Source of the DNA: Candidatus Nealsonbacteria bacterium
GTDB lineage: Bacteria > Patescibacteriota > Minisyncoccia > Minisyncoccales > GWA2-38-27
Assembly (NCBI GenBank): GCA_030616085.1
Contig: JAUWYA010000001.1
Coordinates: 74,692-134,377, forward strand
Direction: 5' to 3'
DNA length: 59,686 nucleotides
The position numbers and the translations under genes were made by a program. Position 1 is the first letter of the stretch. Each line of letters starts with the position of its first letter. Under the pieces are notes generated by a model, which saw only the letters and a program-made list of their open reading frames with translations, was not told the origin of the DNA and ran no database searches. Below are positions 16,418 to 23,247 of the stretch, piece by piece.

Positions 16418-17411
16418 AAAACTTAACCAAGAGTTTTATCAGAAGTGTAGAATAGAATTGGTTAATCTTTGTCAAGGCAATCCTGATGTTGTTTCTATCT
16501 ATGAGATTGGGACTGTTTTGTATCCGGGAATATCGGATTTGGATCTTATGTTATGTCTCAAGAATAAATTAAATAATGATTTAAATATTGAAGAACAATT
16601 TAGTCAAGAGCTTAATTATATTACTTCGGGACATGTATTAAAAATAAATGAAGAGAATTTTAGAGATATGTGTATTATTGATGATCGTCCCGACCTGAAA
16701 TCAAAATATCTTTACGGAAGGAAATTTCAATTTTCAAATTTTGATGATAAAACATTTGAAATCTGTCGGATATTGGATTGGCTGCCAGTGTTGGTGTTTA
16801 CTTTGTTAAGGTCGAGAAACTCCAGTCAAGTAGATGTTATAAAAAAGCTTTTGATTATGAGCTCTGTTGTCATAAGTTTGGACAAAGTGTCAAAATTAAC
16901 AGGTAATTTTCAATTTTGTGAATTCGGAAAAAAAGTTTATAATTTGCGGTCAACTTGGTTCTCAAATAAAAATAGGATTCAAGATTTCGACATTTTATTT
17001 GTGGAGTCTGTAGTTCAAGTTCTCAAGGCTATAAAATTTATAGATGAATATTTAATCAAAAACAGATATATTTTTGGGGATTTAGGTAAAGTAGGAACGT
17101 TTCTTAAAATTCCCCGGGGACCGGAGTTTGTATTTGGTGACGAAACAGAAATAGAGAAAGGAAGAATAAGGTTACCAAAATCATTTTTCTTTTTTCTAGC
17201 CTCTCAAGCAGTTTCAAGCAATGGATTTATATCTAACCACCTTAAAAATTCATTCGATATAGAATTAACCGATTTGGATATAAATGACCACATTGATGAT
17301 AAATTAAAAAAGACCATAAAAAAAAGAATTGAGTACTGCAATAGTTTAGCTGATTTTTTTAGAGCAAATAACCTAAAGACTGGTTTATTTAAATATGGTT
17401 GGTTTATATAA
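16395..17411 (+). CDS. hypothetical protein, degenerate nucleotidyltransferase-fold paralog of 15380-16417
   Basis: VSIYEIGTVLYPGISDLDLMLCL aligns with the GS...DxD region of the upstream protein, and the length is similar (338 aa). It overlaps the upstream gene by 23 nt. Confidence 0.45.
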   Translation: MKYINLPKKLNQEFYQKCRIELVNLCQGNPDVVSIYEIGTVLYPGISDLDLMLCLKNKLNNDLNIEEQFSQELNYITSGHVLKINEENFRDMCIIDDRPDLKSKYLYGRKFQFSNFDDKTFEICRILDWLPVLVFTLLRSRNSSQVDVIKKLLIMSSVVISLDKVSKLTGNFQFCEFGKKVYNLRSTWFSNKNRIQDFDILFVESVVQVLKAIKFIDEYLIKNRYIFGDLGKVGTFLKIPRGPEFVFGDETEIEKGRIRLPKSFFFFLASQAVSSNGFISNHLKNSFDIELTDLDINDHIDDKLKKTIKKRIEYCNSLADFFRANNLKTGLFKYGWFI

Positions 17412-17432
17412 AACCCAAGATAAAATATAATT

Positions 17433-19388
17433 ATGATAAAAAACAAAAAAATAATCGCCATAATTCCAGCTAGAGGCGGTTCAAAGACGATTCCTCATAA
17501 AAATATTGTTGATTTAGACGGATATCCTCTTATTGCTTATTCAATAATAGTCGTCCGATTATCAAAATTGATTGACAGAGTAATCGTCAGTACTGACAGC
17601 CAGGAAATTGCTGAAATTGCAAAAAAGTATGGAGCAGAAGTTCCTTTTTTGCGTCCTAAAGAGTATGCTGGTGATTTGTCTCCGGATATAGAATTTTTCA
17701 AACATGCAATTGACTGGTTTCGTCAGAACGAAGGATATGAACCCGAATACTTTGTTCATGTCCGTCCCACAACGCCTCTTAGAGAACCGGAAATAGTTGA
17801 TCAAGCAATTGAAAAAATTCTTAATAATAAAGAAGCAACTTCTCTTCGTTCTGCTCATGAGCTAAGAGAACCCCCTCATAAGTTTTTCAAAATTGAAAAC
17901 AATTTCTTTAAAGGATTATTTCCAGAAGACAAAAGGCCAGGATACCATAATTTGCCTAGACAGGTTTTCCCATCTGCTTATCATCCAAATGGCTATGTAG
18001 ATGTTGTTAAGAGCCAGACAATTATAAATACTGACACTCTCCATGGAACAAAAATATTGCCATTTATAACTCCTGAGATTATAGAATTAGATCGTCCTGA
18101 AGATTTAAATTATATAAAGTTTGACTTAAATAGAAAAAAGTATAAAATAAAAGAGTTTTTGAAAAATAATTTTAATAAAATGACAAAATATAAAATTTCT
18201 TATATTCCAAAAGAAGTTCCAGAGATTAAGACAAGATTTAGACAGATAAAAACTAAAATTCCTGTTCTTGAGTCTGTTTCTTTGCTTCAAGATATGCAGA
18301 AATATGAGGTAAGTGATATGTGTATCCATGAATTGCCTATAGTTTGGGACAGAGCAGATGATTTTCAAGTTTATGATAGGTGGGGAAATAAATGGATAGA
18401 TTTCACTTCTGGTATATTTGTGGCTAATGTTGGTCATTGCGCAAAGGAAGTAAGTGCTGCCATTGTAAAAAAAGTTGATAATAAATTGATACATTCCTAT
18501 GTTTTCCCTAATGATTCGCGTGTAAAATTAGCAAAGAAATTATGTAAAATTACCCAGATGGATAAAACATTACTTGTTGTTACTGGTTCGGAAGCCAATG
18601 ATGCTGCAATACAGATGATGCAACGAAACAGAAAAGGGAAAATATTATCAATAGACGGGGCTTATTATGGTGGCACTACAGCCTGTAGATTACTTTCAAA
18701 GAATGTAATTGATGAATTAATGAACCCCGACAAAATTAATCCTACTGAAATTGCAGGTGTTTTCTTGCAAACTTTCCGAGGACGAGATGCAAAATTTATG
18801 CCTTATGATTGGATTAGGACTTGGTGTAAATGGGCTCAAGAGAATGATATCCCAGTTGGTTTTGACGAAATGCAGTCTGGATTTGGCAGAACAGGCAAAT
18901 GGTTTGGCTATCAAAATTATGATGTGCAGCCAGATTTTATTACTGTTGGCAAAGCTCTTGGTGGTGGATTACCTATCAGCGCTGTTATCGGCAGAAAGAA
19001 ACTGTTAGAATTAAGCGATGATCTTTGGTCTACTCATACAGGAAATCCAATATGTTGCGCTGCTGCCTTAGCCTCGTTAGAAATTATAGAAAATCAAAAG
19101 TTAGTAGAAAAAACCGCTGCCAGAACTGATTGGTTTGGTCAGTTGTTGAAAGAAACATTTCCTAATCATAAAATATACGGTCAAGGAATGATTTGGGCAT
19201 TATATACTGGTGATGCAAAACTAACACAAAAAATTATAGAAAAATGCGCAGAAAAGGGATTGCTTTTAGTTAGCACATACGGGCCTGCAATCAAGATCGG
19301 ACCGCCTTTAACCATACCTGATGAAGCCCTGATTGAGGGAATTAAAGTAATAGAGGAGTCTTTTGAAGAAGTAATAAATGAAATATAA
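17433..19388 (+). CDS. fusion protein: N-terminal acylneuraminate (CMP-sugar) cytidylyltransferase-family domain + C-terminal class-III PLP aminotransferase
   Basis: N-terminal IAIIPARGGSKTIPHKNI (NeuA/CMP-transferase motif). C-terminal FDEMQSGFGRTGKWFGY and TVGKALGGGLP (class III aminotransferase Lys motif). One uninterrupted 651-aa ORF. Confidence 0.8.
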   Translation: MIKNKKIIAIIPARGGSKTIPHKNIVDLDGYPLIAYSIIVVRLSKLIDRVIVSTDSQEIAEIAKKYGAEVPFLRPKEYAGDLSPDIEFFKHAIDWFRQNEGYEPEYFVHVRPTTPLREPEIVDQAIEKILNNKEATSLRSAHELREPPHKFFKIENNFFKGLFPEDKRPGYHNLPRQVFPSAYHPNGYVDVVKSQTIINTDTLHGTKILPFITPEIIELDRPEDLNYIKFDLNRKKYKIKEFLKNNFNKMTKYKISYIPKEVPEIKTRFRQIKTKIPVLESVSLLQDMQKYEVSDMCIHELPIVWDRADDFQVYDRWGNKWIDFTSGIFVANVGHCAKEVSAAIVKKVDNKLIHSYVFPNDSRVKLAKKLCKITQMDKTLLVVTGSEANDAAIQMMQRNRKGKILSIDGAYYGGTTACRLLSKNVIDELMNPDKINPTEIAGVFLQTFRGRDAKFMPYDWIRTWCKWAQENDIPVGFDEMQSGFGRTGKWFGYQNYDVQPDFITVGKALGGGLPISAVIGRKKLLELSDDLWSTHTGNPICCAAALASLEIIENQKLVEKTAARTDWFGQLLKETFPNHKIYGQGMIWALYTGDAKLTQKIIEKCAEKGLLLVSTYGPAIKIGPPLTIPDEALIEGIKVIEESFEEVINEI

Positions 19389-19390
19389 AA

Positions 19391-19415
19391 AAAGGTGAGA
19401 TTTTTTCTCACCTTT
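19391..19415. terminator. bidirectional terminator hairpin between convergent genes
   Basis: AAAGGTGAGA-TTTTT-TCTCACCTTT, a 10-bp stem with an A-run before and a T-run after, so it reads as hairpin plus U-tract on both strands. Confidence 0.65.
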
Positions 19416-19430
19416 GAGCGATATTTCTTT

Positions 19431-20315
19431 TTACCTAAAGAGAATAAGGAACGCTCCAATAATCCCGACCAGAAAACCCATCCACTCTTTTTTAGAAAGT
19501 TCTTTCCTTTCTTTAAGAATAAACCAACCAAAGAAAACTGGAATTATCGTAATACCCAATCCGTGTAAAGGAGTAGCTAAGCTTATAGGCGCTCCCAGTT
19601 GAAAGGTCCAATAGAGGGCAAAGAGATTTACAATCATGCTAAAACTTGAAGCCATAATTAATAAAATTATTTTTCTTGGAATTTGAAAAACTTGGATCAT
19701 TTTTTGTCTTTCCAGCTTAAGAATTATTATAGATCCTAAAAAAGCTCCGCAATACCAGCCCATAAGGAATATCTCTTGAGCAATGTCTTTAGAAGACAAT
19801 TTCATTAGGAAGATAACTGTCCCTAATATTGTAACCATTCCTAAGGTAAATAAGAACCATTTCTTATTGAGGATTTCCTTACTTTTATCTTGACTTTTCG
19901 TCGGTGATTGGAAAAGCCACATTGCCAAGAAACATAATCCTATTCCTAAAGTTGATTGAAAATTCCAAAGTTTGATTTCTGCTAAAAAAATTATCGCTAG
20001 GACAATAGGCACCATACTTATTAGCGGAAGAAATAACGCGGTTTTACTAAGACCTGCTTGGCATTCAAGCGCTCGCCATTGGAAGTAAACACCAAAGGAA
20101 GCTGTAAACCCCATAAGCCCCATTAAAATAATAATAGGATTTAGAGGAGCTTTTCCTAAAAAGAAAAAATAAACAACTGCCAGTAAGGCACAAAATAGAA
20201 ACTGGTAAAAAACCCCTATAGATTTTTTAGCCAGCTTATTAGAAAGTACCTTATTCAAAATTATAATAGAGCTGTTCATAATTATAACCATGCAGAGAGC
20301 ATATTTCCAAGACAT
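19431..20315 (-). CDS. EamA/DMT-superfamily polytopic membrane transporter
   Basis: 294 aa, about 10 hydrophobic segments, two-repeat organisation typical of drug/metabolite transporters. One of only two minus-strand genes. Confidence 0.65.
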   Translation of the reverse strand: MSWKYALCMVIIMNSSIIILNKVLSNKLAKKSIGVFYQFLFCALLAVVYFFFLGKAPLNPIIILMGLMGFTASFGVYFQWRALECQAGLSKTALFLPLISMVPIVLAIIFLAEIKLWNFQSTLGIGLCFLAMWLFQSPTKSQDKSKEILNKKWFLFTLGMVTILGTVIFLMKLSSKDIAQEIFLMGWYCGAFLGSIIILKLERQKMIQVFQIPRKIILLIMASSFSMIVNLFALYWTFQLGAPISLATPLHGLGITIIPVFFGWFILKERKELSKKEWMGFLVGIIGAFLILFR

Positions 20316-20427
20316 TTTTTCTCCTTTCAGAATAGTCCAATATGTTTATGTTAAAGTACTAATTTTTATATCTTATTATTCTAAAATAAAATAGAATAAA
20401 AGTCAATACAAAGTTTTAGTTAGAGAA

Positions 20428-20456
20428 GTCAAAAGGGGTCAGGAATCTTTTAAAAT
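20428..20456 (+). promoter_or_regulatory. candidate sigma70-type promoter for the 20483 operon
   Basis: GTCAAA-N17-TAAAAT ends 26 nt before the ATG at 20483. The -35 is weak. Confidence 0.3.
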
Positions 20457-20482
20457 AAAAAATTAAAAATTAATCTTGAATT

Positions 20483-20929
20483 ATGAAAAACATACGTCAT
20501 ACAGGCATTGTTATAGGTAATTTAGAAAAATCTCTTCATTTTTACAGAGATGTTTTAGGATTAAAGGTCCAAAGAGACATGTTGGAACAGGGTGAGTTTA
20601 TTGATAATATTTCTGATCTTAAAGATGTTAAAGTCAGAACAATTAAAATGTCAGCTGATGATGGCAATCTTGTAGAACTTTTATGGTATAAATCTCATCC
20701 AAGGAAAAGCAAGGGAGCAAAAGAGATTTGTACGACAGGAGTTTCCCATATTGCTTTTACAGTAGAAGATATTGATTATGAGTATAAAAGATTAAAGGAA
20801 AAAGGTGTTAAATTTCATTGTCCGCCCCAGATTTCTCCTGACGGCAGGGCAAAAGTTACCTTTTGCCAAGACCCGGAGGGAAATCTTATAGAATTAGTTG
20901 AAGAACTTAATGAATTTATGAAAAAATAA
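20483..20929 (+). CDS. VOC (glyoxalase/bleomycin-resistance/dioxygenase) family protein
   Basis: IRHTGIVIGNLEKSLHFYRDVLGL and GVSHIAF...DPEGNLIEL are paired beta-alpha-beta-beta-beta module signatures. Confidence 0.75.
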   Translation: MKNIRHTGIVIGNLEKSLHFYRDVLGLKVQRDMLEQGEFIDNISDLKDVKVRTIKMSADDGNLVELLWYKSHPRKSKGAKEICTTGVSHIAFTVEDIDYEYKRLKEKGVKFHCPPQISPDGRAKVTFCQDPEGNLIELVEELNEFMKK

Positions 20930-20932
20930 TCC

Positions 20933-21505
20933 ATGTTGTACGAATTTATAAAAAGAATTAAATTTTGGCGCAAAGAAGATAGGATAAGCCCGGAAAATCC
21001 TTTAAATCATTTGCGTTTGTATTTTCATGGCTCAATGACCAAGTTGTGTAAAAGGAAGTTTAAGCATTTTGGTACGGACGCAGAGCTAAGAACCCATGCT
21101 TTTGTAAGCGGGTGTTCAAATATAAGCATTGGGGATAGAGTTATAATAAGACCAAATTCAATTTTTTTTACTAAATCATTTGATCACAAAAATAGACAAG
21201 GTTCAATTACCATAGAAGATGATGTTTTATTGGGTCCAGCTATTCATATTTTTACTAACAGACACAGATTTACAGGATTAGATAAGCCAATTATTGATCA
21301 AGGATCAGAAAAATCTAAAGATGTCGTTATAAAAAAAGGAGCATGGGTTGGAGCAGGTTCAACTATTTTGCCCGGCGTTACCATAGGCAAGTACGCGGTT
21401 GTTGGGGCAGGCAGTGTAGTAACCAAAGACATTCCTGACCAAACATTAGCTGTTGGAGTTCCGGCTCGAGTTATTAGGGATTTGAAAAATCCAGAATCAA
21501 TTTAA
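20933..21505 (+). CDS. left-handed beta-helix (hexapeptide-repeat) acyl/acetyltransferase
   Basis: GAWVGAGSTILPGVTIGKYAVVGAGSVVTKDIP hexapeptide repeats. Confidence 0.8.
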   Translation: MLYEFIKRIKFWRKEDRISPENPLNHLRLYFHGSMTKLCKRKFKHFGTDAELRTHAFVSGCSNISIGDRVIIRPNSIFFTKSFDHKNRQGSITIEDDVLLGPAIHIFTNRHRFTGLDKPIIDQGSEKSKDVVIKKGAWVGAGSTILPGVTIGKYAVVGAGSVVTKDIPDQTLAVGVPARVIRDLKNPESI

Positions 21506-21507
21506 AC

Positions 21508-22254
21508 ATGAATTACTTAGAAAAATTTTCACTTTTAAATAAAATTGCTATAGTTACTGGCGCTGCACAAGGTAATGGTTTTGCTATTGCGAAAGGATTG
21601 TTAGGCGCGGGAGCAACAGTTTATTTTATTGATATTTTAAAACAGGAAATTTCAGACCCAAAAGCAAAATATATTATAGCAGATGTTATTAAAAAAGAAG
21701 ATCTGGAAAGGGTAGTTAACCAGGTATATCAAGAACAAGGCAGAATAGATATTTTAGTTAATAATGCTGGCATTACTATATCAGAGCCAAGTGAATCTTA
21801 CAGCCAGGAGAGTTGGGATAAAACATACAGAGTAAATTTAAAAGCAGTTTTTCAACTAAGCCAAATGGTGGCTAAACATATGATAGGACAAAAATCCGGA
21901 GTAATTATCAATATTACAAGTCTGGGTGCCGAACAAGGATTTCCTAATAATCCTGCTTATGTTGCTTTTAAAGGGGGATTGAAACAACTTAGTAAAGCAT
22001 TGGCTAATGATTGGGCAAAATATAACATTAGAGTTAATAATTTAATGCCGGGCTACATTAAAACAAATATGACCCAAAAGAGCTGGAACGATCCGGTTTT
22101 AAGAACAAAGCGACAAAAGAAAACTATGCTGGGAAGATGGGGAGAACCGGATGATTTGGTAGGCCCTGCTATATTTCTTGCTTCAGATGCTTCCAGTTAT
22201 ATCACCGGCCATGATTTATATGTAGATGGTGGTTGGTTAGCAAAAGGTCTTTAA
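21508..22254 (+). CDS. classical SDR oxidoreductase (FabG-like)
   Basis: TGAAQGNGFAI, NNAG and YVAFKGG (YxxxK). Confidence 0.8.
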   Translation: MNYLEKFSLLNKIAIVTGAAQGNGFAIAKGLLGAGATVYFIDILKQEISDPKAKYIIADVIKKEDLERVVNQVYQEQGRIDILVNNAGITISEPSESYSQESWDKTYRVNLKAVFQLSQMVAKHMIGQKSGVIINITSLGAEQGFPNNPAYVAFKGGLKQLSKALANDWAKYNIRVNNLMPGYIKTNMTQKSWNDPVLRTKRQKKTMLGRWGEPDDLVGPAIFLASDASSYITGHDLYVDGGWLAKGL

Positions 22255-22284
22255 TATAAAAATAAATTAATAAAAAATATGGAA

Positions 22285-22364
22285 TCCCGTTAGAAATTCT
22301 GTATTAACAGGTTTTTAATCGGGGTATCATATCCAAATAGAATTTATGAAAATTTCTAACGGGG
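22285..22364. repeat. palindromic element, copy 2 (arms TCCCGTTAGAAATT / AATTTCTAACGGGG)
   Basis: 13 perfect bp plus one T:G position. Arms at 22285-22298 and 22351-22364 with a 52-nt spacer. The right arm overlaps codons 2-7 of the annotated NeuB-like ORF. Confidence 0.75.
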
Positions 22365-23245
22365 TGGAACAAAAAAGTAAAAAAATAGTAAAAATTGGAA
22401 ATAAATTAATAGGCGATGAGCAACCAACTTTTATAACCGCAGAAATTGGAATTAATCATAATGGAGATATTGATATTGCCAAGAAATTAATAGATATGGC
22501 GGTTTTTGCCGGTTGTGATGCGGTCAAATTTCAGAAAAGGACTATTGAACTTGTCTATACTCCTGAAGAATTAGCCAGACCAAGAGAAAATCCTTTTGGA
22601 CCGACTAACGGTGACTTGAAAAAAGGACTGGAATTTGGCGAAAAAGAATATCAAGAGATAGATAGATATTGTAAAGAGAAAGGTATAATCTGGTTTGCTT
22701 CTCCCTGGGATATGAAAAGTGTTGACTTCTTGGAAAAATTTGATGTTCCTTGTTATAAAATAGCCTCTGCTTGTTTAACAGATGATGAATTAGTGAAACA
22801 GATTAAATCTAAAGGCAAGCCAATTATTCTATCTACTGGTATGAGCACTATAGAACAAATTAAGCATGTGGTTAATGTGTTGGGTGAAGAAAATTTAATT
22901 TTGCTTCATTGTACCTCAACCTATCCTTCAAAACTTGAGGAATTAAATTTGAATGTTGTTCCTTGGCTAAGAAAAACCTTTAATTACCCGATTGGTTATA
23001 GTGGTCACGGAATCGGTGTTGTTGGATCTGTGATAGCTGTAACCTTGGGAGCTTGTGTTGTGGAAAGGCATATTACTTTAGATAGAGCAATGTGGGGAAG
23101 CGATCAGGCAGCAAGTTTAGAACCTAATGGTTTGAATAGGGCAGTAAGGGATATTAGAAATCTGCCCAAGTGTTTAGGAGACGGCCAAAAGAGAGTTTAT
23201 GAAAGCGAAAAACCAATACTTGAGAAATTAAGAAAAGTTAAATAA
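22346..23245 (+). CDS. NeuB-family sialic-acid-type synthase (PEP-dependent ulosonic acid synthase)
   Basis: PTFITAEIGINHNGDIDIAKKLIDMA..GCDAVKFQ is the NeuB/PseI/LegI N-terminal signature. At 299 aa it is shorter than typical NeuB, with a reduced SAF-like tail. The start is uncertain: ATG at 22346 or in-frame GTG at 22364. Confidence 0.75.
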   Translation: MKISNGVEQKSKKIVKIGNKLIGDEQPTFITAEIGINHNGDIDIAKKLIDMAVFAGCDAVKFQKRTIELVYTPEELARPRENPFGPTNGDLKKGLEFGEKEYQEIDRYCKEKGIIWFASPWDMKSVDFLEKFDVPCYKIASACLTDDELVKQIKSKGKPIILSTGMSTIEQIKHVVNVLGEENLILLHCTSTYPSKLEELNLNVVPWLRKTFNYPIGYSGHGIGVVGSVIAVTLGACVVERHITLDRAMWGSDQAASLEPNGLNRAVRDIRNLPKCLGDGQKRVYESEKPILEKLRKVK

Positions 23246-23247
23246 GT

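Noticed and set aside
15380-17411. Interpreting the two nucleotidyltransferase-fold genes as an MNT/HEPN-type toxin-antitoxin pair or a CBASS-like defence module.
   Set aside because: Both proteins are about 340 aa, far larger than MNT antitoxins. No HEPN Rx4-6H motif or effector gene was recognised. They sit in the middle of a co-directional, overlapping glycan operon. I cannot fully exclude this reading without profile searches.
2744-19531. Many 60-120-aa antisense or alternate-frame ORFs in the track, nested inside long + strand genes. Examples are 2744-2932, 3228-3428, 5678-5986, 6059-6415, 11687-11977, 12502-12759, 17562-17858, 18126-18494 and 19181-19531, with similar ones further downstream.
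   Set aside because: Each lies wholly within a longer ORF that has clear family motifs. Their translations are low-complexity with no motifs. This is the expected background in an AT-rich sequence with few stop-free frames.
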